DNA from: Somniosus microcephalus
Taxonomy: Eukaryota
NCBI GenBank assembly: GCA_052327205.1
Contig: CM126205.1
Location: forward strand, 301,196,001-301,260,000
Direction: 5' to 3'
Length of the DNA: 64,000 nucleotides
A program made the position numbers and the translations under genes. Shown in pieces: positions 12,361 through 24,170 of this stretch. Every line of letters starts with the position of its first letter. Within the stretch, counting starts at the first letter, position 1. A model generated the notes under the pieces. That model made no database searches. It saw nothing but the letters and a program-made list of their open reading frames with translations, and was not told the origin of the DNA.

Positions 12361-13122
12361 GGCCCAGAAATTCGGGTCTCCACGGGTGAGTACGCACGGG
12401 GTACTCACCCGTAGGCCCAATGGAAGTGCCGGTTTCCTGCATGCACTGCGCATGCGCGGGAAATCGGCACTTCCGTTCCCCTGAAAGAAGGGGTTCAGAG
12501 GTCAAATGCGTGCGCGGGAGAGGCTGCGCGTGCGCATTGAACTTCGTTTTTTTTTTTACAGGTTTTCCCGGGAGGGTAAGTCTGCAGAAGTTAGAAATGT
12601 AAAAAGCAGGCGTAAGGCCTGCTTTTTACAAGGTAAGTGGTGAATTAATTAAAATTAAAACATTTTTTCCACAGGTTTATTATTTTTAAATACTTTAAAG
12701 CAAGGTAAGTTTATTTTTAGCCCCGTTAGAAAATGATTTTTTTTTTCAAAAATTTAAATTATTGTTTAAAAGTTATTTTATGTAATTTATAGTTTATTTA
12801 AAAAATGTGATTTAAAAAAAAATGTATTTGAAGATTTAGTGCTGTTTTGGGGCTGTAGTATTTATAACTTTTGACAGGTCTTCCTGTCAATCTTATGAAT
12901 GGAGCATTCCCTGCTCCGATTGGCTCCCCATGGCCCACATGATCCCAGGGGACGCATCGAACTAACTGCGCCCCTGGGATACGCAAGCACTGCGCGCCGG
13001 CAGCTGGACCAGGCCCCGGATTGGAATTCCACGCGGGCCCACAGCTCAACGGCCGGCGCACTAGGTAAATGCAGGTCGGGGGCTTGCACCCGCGGGAAGC
13101 CGCCGACCCGAATTTCTGGGTC
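12361..13122. mobile_element. Intact non-autonomous DNA transposon (MITE), PIF/Harbinger-like, 762 bp
   Basis: 18-bp TIRs GGCCCAGAAATTCGGGTC / GACCCGAATTTCTGGGTC (1 mismatch) and a 3-bp target-site duplication AAT (12358-12360 and 13123-13125). CpG-rich with internal hairpins. Confidence 0.88.
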
Positions 13123-13214
13123 AATGAATCCGGTAAGTTTACTTTAAAGTTGATGTTGGCTGCACTGTCAGGAGCTGGCAACCCTAGCACCCCAATATAA
13201 AATTTGATATGTGG

Positions 13215-13330
13215 ATTAGGCGAGATGAAGTAAGGTGGGAGGAGACTTGTGTGGAGCATAAACACCGGCATAGACTTGTTGGGCCGAATGGCTTGTTTCG
13301 GTGCTGTAATTTCTATGTAATTCTATGTAA
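13215..13330 (+). mobile_element. CR1 3' UTR tail
   Basis: GGGAGGAGACTTGTGTGGAGCATAAACACCGGCATAGAC...GGGCCGAATGGC with a TTCTATGTAA tandem tail. Confidence 0.8.
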
Positions 13331-14774
13331 AAGCAATTTTATTGGATGGAGTCCCACTGAATCATATTTAAAGGTGCTTTCATATTCATGCTTCTGTAGC
13401 TCCGGTTGCTGGAGAGCAATGCTCGTGCACCAGCTACCTGTGTATACATTACTGAAACTACCTCCCTTATCTACACAGAAGGATTGTTGCACAAAGCTGC
13501 TTGAAGATATGGGAGCTAGGCTTATTAATACTATGGTAGTGCAGCTAATGGAGGCAGATTGGATCTCCTTCAATCAGCTGCACTCATACTCTAAAAGCAC
13601 CATTAAACCTAAAGATCACAGAACTCGAGAACTGATCCCAGTCATCATCAATCAGGAACATTAGTGGTTCTAGAACAGATGGATCTGGATCTTAATCATT
13701 TTATCGACTGTGCATATTTTGGCTGGGCAGGGAAGTGGACTAATACCCTGCATCTAGACTGCAATACGGTCTGATACAACATTTGAGTTTTTAACTCTGT
13801 ATAGCCTAAGGTGAGCAGCTTAGCACTGATTTTCAGTTCATGGCTCTCCATTCATTGACTGTTTCCCCCATGTCTCTACTGAGACATTGCACCTCAAGGC
13901 TTGCTACTGCTGTCTCCCAGCTGTGCAGGTTTTGTGCCAGTTATGGTTGGTTTGCGCATGGGTGACGAGCACCTGCATGCGCCCATTTAAGATACATCCT
14001 TTATGCCCAAGGGTGGCTTTAACTTATTCTTAGACTGAATCAGAGTACAAAATTCTGTAATTTTACACTGGCAATCAGTGGTTTGCTCCAATTGTTGGTG
14101 TAAACAAGCCATAAAGCTCAAAGATGCATGGAAACCAAATTCCATTCCAAGTTGTACTTTATTGAAAGGGTTCACAGTCACCCTGTACCATTACCTAGGA
14201 TTCTCCATTGTTTCAGACATCATGAAAGGTCACTAGTCTGTTGCCTATTTGCATTTAAAGGATGGCTTTGACCCAGGGAAAGGGTTAACACACAACTAAT
14301 GAAGTCAGCGACTGAATCTCTAATGCCTGACCATTTCTTCAGAATGTAGCCTTGACAGCTTTGCAGTGGGCGTCATGCGTGTTCTCTTGGGTGACCTTTC
14401 ACTTGCCCATTGTATTTATTAGCAATCTGGATTACTGCCAGGCCTTAGTGAGGCTGGTATAACACTGCCAGGCCTTCACTTGTGTAGGCGCAGACTGTGT
14501 ATGGATTGTCTACACATAGTGCTCTGTTCCACCAGAGCCTTTAGCACCAATCATAACAGTGCCAAACAGTGGTGTATTGCTAAATTCTTACTGTTTTGCA
14601 TCACAATTTAGATAAGTAGGAAACCTTAATAATATAACCTCAACTGCACCAAGGCACTGAACTGGCATTCTTGGAAGGTATCACCACAGTTCCGCACACT
14701 ACATTGACAAGCTGTGGGACTTACCATCTCTCTATCCCATTAGCCACAATATATTATACATATTTTTTTTTACA

Positions 14775-15030
14775 ATTGGCTAAAGTGCCCCGGGTTCGGG
14801 AAGGGAAAATCAGGTTGGCTCCCATTCTTGATGATTGTGCCCCAGTCTCTACTGGTAGTGCCCATGTGAGGACAGCAGATGAACGTAAGAATGGGTTTAG
14901 CTGCAACATCTACCACAGTCAGACAGCCTGTTGATGCACATGTGAACAATGGCCTCTTGCATGAGATATCAGAGGGCAACAGCCACTCGTGGAACCCTAC
15001 ACCAGTAGGGAGAGGAGAGGAGAGAAAAAT
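14775..15030 (+). mobile_element. LmeSINE1-like SINE body
   Basis: Collinear similarity with 33105-33315 and the other copies. Confidence 0.6.
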
Positions 15031-15461
15031 AAAACAAAGAATCTTCCTGTTATGGAGGAGCAGGGGGAAATAATGAATGCACTTGTAGGACTCTTGTATC
15101 TTCCTCCCTCCCCTGGATAGAAGTTCTTCTGTAAAAATGTTTTGACAATAGAAGTATCTGGTGCCATTCCTTGCAGCAGCTTCATGTGACTGAAATTATT
15201 AGAAAATTTATCACAAAACACTCTGGCAATTAAAAATGTATTAAACTAGTCTTCATCCCACCTCAACCATCTACAATCTACTATCCACAGTACAATAAGT
15301 TTTAGTTAGGATTTGTTTTTATTTGCCCGTGGCAGGTGGAAAGTGTATATTTATGGAGGCAGTGAGCACCATAGAGGCATCATTGGGCCTAAAGAGTCTG
15401 AGTGTCAACTGGCAATCGTATCTGCTATGGCTAATGTATTTTTGAGGTATGATTATCTAAT

Positions 15462-15560
15462 ACTTGCATTTATATAGTGCTTTATCATCTTGAAACATGT
15501 CAAAGCACTTCACACAATTAATTACTTTTGAGAGGCAGTGACTGTTGTTATGTAGGCAAT
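15462..15560 (-). mobile_element. DeuSINE-type 3' tail, diverged
   Basis: ACTTGCATTTATATAGTGCTTT...AAAGCACTTCAC...CAGTGACTGTTGTTATGTAGGC. Confidence 0.65.
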
Positions 15561-15720
15561 CATAGGTTAACTCTTAAGAAGCTTTTTTACCCTTCTACCC
15601 ACCCCATGCAGCCAATGCTCTCATGCACCAGGAAGAAGCTGATTTTGAGCAAAAGTCTGGCAAATGATTTTCTAATTGGACACTGGTGAGTATGTATGGA
15701 GAAGAGGAGAGCTCAGAGAA

Positions 15721-16046
15721 GGGGGAGAAATTCAACTCTGTTTGATATCAGAGCTGACATATTCGTTAATATCGTCCTCCCTTTCCTGGTCGCCCCCCCT
15801 CACAATGGCCCTCCCTTTCCCGGTTGCACCCCTCCTGAACACATCCCCTTCCCCTTTAACGATCTACCCGAGGGCTGCTGCTGGCGATGCAGCGGCCTGA
15901 CATTCAAAGCCTCTAGCCAGCGAGCTGACTGGGGATGCACAGCAGGTGTCCGCAGTTCACCAGTCTTATTTAAATATGGCCTGACACCCAATATCGGGTG
16001 CACTTCGGGCCTACCTGTTCAGGCTCAGGGATCGCATTTCTAGGCC
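15721..16046. mobile_element. Probable Harbinger-like MITE, degraded
   Basis: GC-rich island with loose termini GGGGGAGAAATT ... ATTTCTAGGCC. Confidence 0.4.
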
Positions 16047-17298
16047 TATTTGCCTCTCAATTTTGACTGCTGTGATGTGATGGGTGTAATATTCTTGATT
16101 TACCTAAATTTTTAAACCCCTTCCTGATAATTTGAATTAACGCGTACTATTATCGCATGGGACCATACTAAGTGTAATTGATTGCAAACATAAGAGAGCC
16201 AGCAAGTGTTATACATTTTAATACCACTGTGTCAAAAATGTAGTATTTCTGTTTGTTTATGCTTGGCTTGGTGATTGTCCCTTTAATTCCCATCACAATA
16301 TATATGCAGTTGAAAGCCAGCTGCAGTGAGAAATAGCAAATACACGTTACAACCGAATTCAATACACATGTTACGAGAGCAGATCAAACTCGTTTTTGAA
16401 CCGTAGGCTCGAGGGGAGGAACCAAGCTACTTTTGAACAAACACAGACATTTGTTCAGTTAAATGTACAACAGCAAATTAATTTTGAATCTGAGTGTCAG
16501 TTCTGAAAATCCAAACAAGCAATGGCAACTAGTGAAAGGGTATATGAGTGGCTGAACCTGTGCATTAAGTTGAGTTAGTAGAAGAAAGTCAAGCTGATGA
16601 GAATCTTCACAGGAAAAGGTAAAATAGATTAGCCAGAGAAGACTACAGGAAAGAAAATGTCTACGTGTACAAAGGTTACCTCTGAAGAAATAACTTTGCA
16701 TTAGATTGCAACTCTTTTTTTGTTTTTTCCACTTAAGGAGTTAGATAATACTTCTTACTGTAAATACATAATTGTATTATATCAGTTAGATTATTTGCTT
16801 GTTCACTTGATACTTTAAATTTAAAATTAAGTCTGGTGTGATACTCTACTGTTTTTAAAGAGTAGAGAGAGATCCCGTGGAGTTAGTGTAAATTCAAATA
16901 GCCTAAAAATAATGAGCAGACAGGGTTTTCTGCTTGTTAGCCCATGTTTGTTACTGAAAGCCTACCTTGCTCGCAAGGCTTAGATAGACACACTCAAAAG
17001 CATGGGGATTTGGGGCTCACTCAGGAGAGTGATCCAAGATATGACAACTGAAGTCATCTAGAGTAAGAAGGGTAGAAAGGACCCCAAAATTTAACAGCTA
17101 CCTTGGATAGATAAAAATAATCAAACTGCCCCCAGCTTTAGGTTAGTGAAATGTAGCAGGGAGTTTTTCATGAGGCATTAACACACCAAGGGGTTAAGAC
17201 GTGGTCATAAACTGAGAGTTTTATCAACATCATCTGAACACTTCTCAAAGTGCTACTGCCTGAAAACACTTCCACAAAGTTGATATGCTACTCTATAT

Positions 17299-17415
17299 AA
17301 AAGAAAGACTTGGGTTTATATAGCACCTTTCACAACCTGTGGATGTCCCAAAGCGCTTTACAGCTAATGAAGTACAGTACTTTTGAAGTATAGTCACTGT
17401 TATAATGTAGGAAAC
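17299..17415 (-). mobile_element. DeuSINE 3' tail fragment
   Basis: Closely similar to 4288-4399. Confidence 0.8.
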
Positions 17416-18104
17416 ATACTATGTATATATAGTATGTATGCAGCTTCTAATTACTTCACAATGGTCAGTAACAAAGCTAATTATACACTGTGTACAGGAG
17501 ACACCCAAGCTTACACCATATGACTCAAAGTCTCATGATTCATACTGCAACAAAAGGGACAGGGAGCACACCATATTCCCATCCTAAGGTTAACAACACC
17601 AGGAATCATTATTCTCATTAGACGTGTGAAAGGGATTCAATATAAAAGATTAATTTAAAAATGTTAGTGCCTTCCGTAGGAGTTGCGTTTCCTTTAGCAA
17701 TCATCTTCTACCCTAATTAAACATATTTATCTTTCCACTACACTCAGTTATTTCTTTATTACATTTTAACTTTACTGTTAACAGTTAAAAATCTTTCATG
17801 CAATAATGAATGTAATTGTGAATTGTCTTTACTGAAGCAGTGGAAGTTAAAAAAAATGTTGACATATTTTTGAACGTAAAAATTAAACCTGTGTGTGATT
17901 GTGAATTATTAAATTCGCAACACCTAGCACATGATCCACAGCTTTAAATTTACAACATGAAATATTGTGATAGATTTTGTGTTGACGTGTTAGCCTCCTA
18001 CCAGCGCCAACTCTGTATAACGACCCTCTACAGCACACTCTTAAATATAAAGCTGATTTTCCATGATTTCTAATGGAGTTATATAGGTAATACAACTATA
18101 GTGT

Positions 18105-18200
18105 AGTGCCCTGGGCTAGGAAGAGGAAACATCAGCCAAGGTTCTCACTCCTGATCGCGACTCCGTCACTCCTGCTAGCAATTTTCACAGGTATGGATGT
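18105..18200 (+). mobile_element. LmeSINE1-like fragment
   Basis: GTGCCCTGGGCTAGGAAGAGGAAACATCAGCCAAGGTTCTCACTCCTGATCGC core. Confidence 0.6.
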
Positions 18201-18204
18201 TTGT

Positions 18205-18337
18205 TAGGCAAGGGTATTAAGGTTTACGGAACCAAGGCGGGTAGATGGAGTTAAGATACAGATCAGCCATGATCTAACTGAATGGCGGAACAGGTTCGAG
18301 GGGCTGAATGGCCTACTGCTGTTGTTACGCTCCTATG
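18205..18337 (+). mobile_element. CR1 3' tail
   Basis: GATCAGCCATGATCTAACTGAATGGCGGAACAGGTTCGAGGGGCTGAATGGCCTAC. Confidence 0.85.
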
Positions 18338-19327
18338 GAACTGCACGCTGGACTTTCCAGGTTAAATTTTAGACTGATCTTATCCTAAATACACGAACAG
18401 TTGGGAAGCTGTCTGGCTTTGTTCTCTGAGCAGGGAGCCTCGCCCGCTGCAAATGCCTATCGGGAATTCCGTGCACATTGCGCACCATTTTCCGCCCATC
18501 CACCAGAAGCATAAAGTGATAGAATGTCCCTTTTAGAGTTAACATTTCCTAGATGCTAATATAGCTGCTAATATGTCGTACACCCAAACACTATTGTCCT
18601 GGCCAGTGATGCACATGAAGAAAGGCATGCAACCTGGATGGACTGAAGCCTGTTGGTAAATGATATCGGTTATTTCAAAAATAGACAAGCTATCTCACTG
18701 TGCTCAGATAAGACTTGGGTGAAGGCAGATGTAATCTGCCCATATTTCTGCTCACAGCCACTTGAGGAGGAGGAGGACAATATGGTGGGCTGCCTTAATC
18801 GCAGGTCCATCCAGTCTGAGCTGCATCCCCCATCCCTCCCTCATGACTACTGCATGTGCTATCAGTCTTGCCATTCACCGGTTTTTAAAGAGGTTTTGAC
18901 ATATCCCACAGGACACCTACTTCCTTTTTTCAGGTGGCCAGAGATGCAACTGACGTTTGACAGTTTGTTTAAACTAAAGGACTTGCTGCTTTAAGTGAAT
19001 ACGTTCATATTCTGCTGGAGATCTCATGCATATGGAGCAATTACATGCTCAATCCCATGAACATTCTTGAAATAGTGACGCAGAGTCAAAAGTAGCACAG
19101 TTTGTAACCCCAATTTAGAATTTTAAAAAAGTTTTGTAATCCTTATTTGCCTGCTGTGGTGACAGAGCTAAGTTACCCCAAATCAGCAATGCCTCTCGAC
19201 ATGAGTTGAAAGTTTTGTTTATCCCTGCTCTCCTGAAAGTGGTGATTCTTGCTGAGGTACCAGTCTTCATGCATGAGCGTTAGCTGTTTGACCATGGGGG
19301 ACATCACTTGACGGCCACGAGCATGTA

Positions 19328-20285
19328 GAGATAGATTTTGACCTTTAGGCGGCTGACTGGCGGAGCAGCGGAGAAGGCTCAGGCCTCGTTAACATTGCCT
19401 CAGGGCGCTGCGGACCTCGAGCGGGCACCCGCTGCAGCTCACCGGTTGGCCAGTTGAAGCCTGGTTCTATCGCTGAGCCGGGCTACAGGCAGGTAAGTCT
19501 GGGGAGGGGAGGGGTTGGGGGACAAGCCCAGGTTGGCAGTGGCCCACAGTATTCTTGATCTCATAAAAATTAAATCAAAAAAGATGCGGGGCCCTATTTT
19601 GAAATCGCCACTGGGACAAATGGGCAGACTGTGGGTGGCTCATGCGCTGTCCATTTGTACCTCAAAATTGCAATTGGGAACCTATGTACATCTAAAGGGC
19701 TTACCACTGCAAACAGGCGGGTGCTCTGGCCACCCATCAGAAGGCCCCTTCCAATAGGGTGGCGGTCAGCATGCCAACGTAAATGGGCTGGTAAGTGATC
19801 TGATGCTATTTTCACACCATCCCATTTTTTTAATTCGTTTATGGGACGTGGGCGTCGCTGGCAAGGCCAGCATTTATTGCCCATCCCTAGTTGCCCTTGA
19901 GAAGGTGATGGTGAGCCACCTTCTTGAACCGCTGCAGTCCGTGTGGTGAAGGTACTCCCACAGTGCTGTTAGGGAGTGAGTTCCAGGATTTTGACCCAGT
20001 GATGATGAAGGATCGGCGATATACTTCTAAGTCAGGATGGTATGTGACTTGGAGGGGAACCTGGAGGTGGTGGTGTTCCCATGCGCCTGCTGCCCTTGTC
20101 CTTCTAGGTGGAAGAGGTCGAGGGTTTGGGAGGTGCTGCCGAAGAAGCCTTGCTGAGTTGCTGCAGTGCATCTTGTGGATGGTACACACTGCAGCCACGG
20201 TACGCCGGTGGTGGAGGGAGTGAATGTTTAAGGTGGTGGATGGGGTGCCATTCAAGCCTAGTGGGCCAACATTAAAATCAGGCCC
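19328..20285. mobile_element. Probable Harbinger-like element interrupted by a LINE insertion
   Basis: GC-rich segment starting GAGATAGATTTT and ending AAAATCAGGCCC, flanking the LINE fragment. Confidence 0.4.
19825..20255 (-). mobile_element. 5'-truncated copy of the same LINE family as 57447-60638
   Basis: Encodes GTPSTTLNIHSLHHRRTVAAVCTIHKMHCSNSARLLRQHL...SKSWNSLPNS, nearly identical to the C-terminus at 60200-60570. Same 3' UTR and short A tail. Confidence 0.92.
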
Positions 20286-20673
20286 ACATTTTCCAAAAGG
20301 AGTAGTGATCAGAAGCTGGAACCTGTGCTGACCTTTCACCTCCTTGAGGTATTGTGGCCAATTGAAATGCCCCAGCTGATTGAATCTTGCTCAATTAGAT
20401 TTTTTTTTCAAATGTTATTACTGTGAATATTTCTGTATTGACTTTGATAGGACGTTCCTTATAAAATAGGGTCAGAATGATCTAAAGCCTCACAGCAGCA
20501 AATGGTGTATATATATATAAAACACTAAATGGTGACAGTTCAACAATTGCCTCAAGCCTAGGGGGTTCAGGTAGGACAAAATTACAGCGATAGCACACTC
20601 AGTGGCATCTTGTACTCACCCTGGCTAGGTCCCCATGTGCTGCGTCAGAAACAGCAAACCAGCCAATCACCAG

Positions 20674-20883
20674 GATTTATCTACAGTATATATTAAAAGT
20701 TTTGAGTCTTCTTGTTTGCGCCACACTTATTTGTCAGCTCCTACAAATTAATATAAAGCATAAAGGACCTCCAGGCAAGTAATCCTATCATGATGATTGA
20801 TGCCACTTAGCTGTTACAATCAGCATGATTTATCTGCAGTATATTAAAAGTTTAGAGTCTTCTTGTTTGCGCCACACTTATTT
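20674..20883. repeat. Spaced direct repeat of about 57 bp (20674-20732 and 20827-20883)
   Basis: GATTTATCT(A/G)CAGTATA(TA)TTAAAAGTTT(T/A)GAGTCTTCTTGTTTGCGCCACACTTATTT occurs twice. Confidence 0.9.
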
Positions 20884-21234
20884 CTGGTGTCAGGGTTTTG
20901 AATGACACGTCACTTGCCACGCCTGGGTGTCACAGTTTAAGCTGCAAGGTTTGTACGCCTACCATTATACTTACCTTTCAGTCTTCCCAAATGTATGCTC
21001 CACAGGGCCGTTTGTTTTATGTTCCCTCCCCAAGCCCAGCCTGAAGCCCTGGCCAGTTTCCCCTGTCCACGTACAACTTGCCCACCCAGCAGTCCAAAGC
21101 TGACCTGCGGCCCTAGCCAAATGTTTGTCCCAATCTGGGGTCCCCCCCCCATCCAGGACCTACTGGCCTAAGGCTCTGGCCGGATCCCTCCCCCAAATGG
21201 CGACCCTTCATCTCCCATCAGCCTGCGGCCCTGA

Positions 21235-21420
21235 AGCGGAAGAAGTGAAAAAAGAGAGAGAACTAGAAGAGCAGAGAGAGAGAGAGAAAGTGAGGAGAAA
21301 TGGAAAGGGAGCGAGAGAAGTAGAACTTGAGGCAGAAACAAGAGATAAAAAGAAAGCAAGAGAAGCAGAAGTAGAGAGAAAGAGAGTGAGAGAAGCAGCA
21401 ACAGAAGACGACAGACAGTG
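21235..21420. repeat. GA-rich low-complexity tract
   Basis: Purine-rich AGAG/GAA degenerate repeats. Confidence 0.75.
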
Positions 21421-21459
21421 GGGAGAATGTGGTACTTGCTGGCAGATGGACTAGTTGAA

Positions 21460-21648
21460 TCAGAGAGCATTGACACATTTATGGGGAGGCTTGAGGCATA
21501 CATGAGATTTATGGAAATCAAGGGATATGCGGGCAGGGTGGCATGAGGTCATTAGTGTGGGAGGAGGCTCATTTGGTGTTTACACACCAGCATAGACCAG
21601 TAGGGCCGAAGGGTCTGTTTCTGTGTTGTAGATTCGATGTAATTCTAA
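21460..21648 (+). mobile_element. CR1 3' fragment, diverged
   Basis: GTGGGAGGAGGCTCATTTGG...CACCAGCATAGACCAGTAGGGCCGAAGGGTCTGTTTCTGTG; same subfamily as 13215. Confidence 0.75.
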
Positions 21649-21799
21649 GTGAGAAAAAGTCTCTTCTGACTCACCATGAATAGTACCGCAGGAGATCTAT
21701 TAGTTTTAAAACTAAAAAATGTCAGCTCCTTTAACAGTAAGTGTTTTTTTTAAATTCCCTGTGGTTAAATTATATTTTTCAACAAAAAGTCAGACTATA

Positions 21800-21915
21800 G
21801 TTTCCTACATTACAACAGTGACTGCACGTCAAAAGTACTTCATTGGCGGTAAAGCACTTTGGGACATCCAGTGGTCGTGAAAGGTGCTATATAAATGCAA
21901 GTCTTTCTTTTTTCT
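21800..21915 (+). mobile_element. DeuSINE 3' tail fragment
   Basis: GTTTCCTACATTACAACAGTGACTGCACGTCAAAAGTACTTCATTGGC...GAAAGGTGCTATATAAATGCAAGTCTTTC. Confidence 0.85.
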
Positions 21916-23388
21916 TTTTATAACCTGGTCGATGAGGTACTTGCCCTACTGGTATTTCACTCCCCGACCCCCCGCCCCCCCCACCCAACACATTATACCC
22001 AATTATACTTTAGACCAATGACTCCCCAACAAAGTTTGAAAACATGCTAAGCAACTTTGTATCCACGTGCACCCTTTTGGGAAATGTCTTCCCAAGCAAG
22101 TCCTTGAATAGTCCTGAAAGATGTATTATCTCTGATTGTATCCCTTAAAAAAAAAATCAAAATGATACCAGTCTGGAGGAGTTGCGGAATCAGAGTGTGT
22201 AAAGAAACACAATTAATAGATACAGTTGTCAACACAGGGTGCTTCAATGTCCTTGTTAGTCGTGTCAATTCTTGCTGATTCAGCTCCTGCACTAGGGCCC
22301 AGCAATTCCTCCAGACTAACCCCCCTGGTGGTGTCATCTGTACTCTCCATTCCAACCAAAAAAAAATCAAAAAATCAACAGAAATAAGGGGGAAAAAATC
22401 ATGAAACTTAATGATAATTCTTTGCAACTGTTTGATTTGTAAAAGGGTAAGGATTGTAAGGCAGCTTCCTTGACTCTTAAGAGCCTGGTTTTGTTTTCCT
22501 GTACTCTTATGCTCCTTTACTATACTGTATATGGCAAAACTCACTAAAGACTGTCGTAAAAATACTTTGATGAGGCACTGCAGCCTTGAATGCTGCATTC
22601 AGCAAACAAATAGAGCCAACAAGTGGCGTGGATTTGAGGTAAATGTTTGGAGAATGGCATTATCTTATATTTTAGTTTGGACTGCTCTTTGACTTGAAGT
22701 GCGATCATTAGTATGATGCTTAGCGAATGCAGAAAGCAGGTATACATCAACAGTTACTTGAGCAATAAAATCGTAGCCATTTAATAAATGAAAATAAATG
22801 GGCTTTTAACGTTTGATATGAAAGGTATGATGACCCCCAAATCATGGCTGGAATTGCAATCTGAGACTTTTTTTTAAACAATGTCATAATGGAGATGGCA
22901 CTGACCTCCGCTCTGCAACCCTAGTTTGTAGATCATCGATTGACAGATATTAGTAGTGAAGAGTTTTTAACGTCACTTCACAGTGTCAAACTAGAGCCTT
23001 TAAACGAGATGGTAAAGTAATGTTGTTTTGCTTTAATTAAACAACAATAACTGTATCTGCACTATTCCCCAATGTTATTCTTTAATTACAAATCAGGTAG
23101 GTACAAGATTCATAAAACTGACAGCAGAACTCTTTTACGAGTTTGACCTCTGGTTTATAGAGCGACATTGGCTTTTGAAGGGTGCCACCAAATTACATGT
23201 TTAACAATGGTTGAATCATCACTTAATATGTAACATTTAGAACATAAAACATCTGTAGCACATTCCTCTGACTAACCAGCATGTTGAGTCAAATAAATTA
23301 GAATGAAGAATTTTGCGTACAGACAACATCACCTATTTTAATATTTCTTGAGCTATGATCCTATAAGCAGTCCAGAAGCCAGACTTAC

Positions 23389-23646
23389 CAGTACCATCTA
23401 TTGAGACTGGTAGTGTCTCCCTGCTGTGCCAGGTGTGTTCCGTGCCGCAGTCCCTCTTCTCACTTTCCTCGTCCTCTCTTGGCAACAGTACTTGGTTCCC
23501 ATGTGGGGAAGAATCGTGGTTGGGCATAGTCACTGGACTGGAATCTCGGTCCAGGGCGTTTATAATACTGTCATCTTCCGCAATGTGAAGCTTGTCTTCG
23601 TCATCTGTTTCTGAACCCGTATCCACTACATTATCATAGTTCAAAA
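23389..23646 (-). CDS. ZEB2: ZEB2 coding exon (equivalent to human exon 3), 258 nt, phase 1/1
   Basis: Translates (V)[48 protein letters not shown]...SIDGT, closely matching the ZEB2 N-terminus. Acceptor is a polypyrimidine tract plus ACAG ending at 23647; donor GTAAGT starts at 23388. Length equals human exon 3. Confidence 0.97.
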
Positions 23647-24154
23647 CTGTAAAGGAGAAAAGAAAACAGAGGATTATAGAGTTACAAAAATGTACGTAAA
23701 TCCATTGCTTTTATGAAGCAAGGGGCTGCAGGCCAAGTGACCAAAAAGCTCTAATGCTCCTGTGCTTTCCCGAACCTGGTCAATTCTTATTTTTCAAATG
23801 AATTCCTCTACCCCGGACACAGCACCTGGCCGTTCACTTTCCAAATTCTTGAGAGCATCAAGAAAACATGCAGAATATGTTTCAAAACATGCTTCAAATG
23901 TCAGAACAACTCAAGAACCAAAATAAACCAGTTTATTTTGCCACACAGACCTGATGCACTCGCAGTAGCATTCCTTAAAATAGACAGTTTATAAATAAGG
24001 TCTTTGAACTGAATTGAAGGTGGCTGCTTCTGCATTAGCCTGCCTTCCCAGTCATTCAGTGTGCATGGTAGTACATAAATTGTCCACTTTACCACTAGAC
24101 AAGAAAGATTAGAGTAATAAACACAGGGACATTAGTTTAGCTAGAGAAACATAC

Positions 24155-24170
24155 CATCAGTTACACACAT
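24155..24170 (-). CDS. ZEB2: Candidate alternative first coding exon of ZEB2 (MCVTD-V); 5' extent unknown
   Basis: Minus strand reads ATG TGT GTA ACT GAT G|GTATGT. The phase-1 donor would join exon 3 in frame across a 508-nt intron. Confidence 0.35.

Noticed and set aside
20674-20883. CRISPR-like repeat-spacer-repeat
   Set aside because: Eukaryotic intron, only two units, repeat and spacer too long, and no cas genes.
21125-21521. E/R/K-rich and L/S-rich ORFs
   Set aside because: Derived from a GA low-complexity tract.
22047-22598. 183-aa minus-strand ORF within ZEB2 intron 3
   Set aside because: No ZEB2 or other protein similarity, non-ATG start and no convincing splice sites.
23333-23388. 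ORF-track extension of ZEB2 exon 3 ([18 protein letters not shown])
   Set aside because: Read-through past the GTAAGT donor into the intron; the same applies to the extensions of the exon 4 and exon 5 ORFs.
5803-23646. Assignment to ZEB1 instead of ZEB2
   Set aside because: Peptides ([18 protein letters not shown], EEMKExYDTMGPEAT, [11 protein letters not shown]) and exon sizes match ZEB2.
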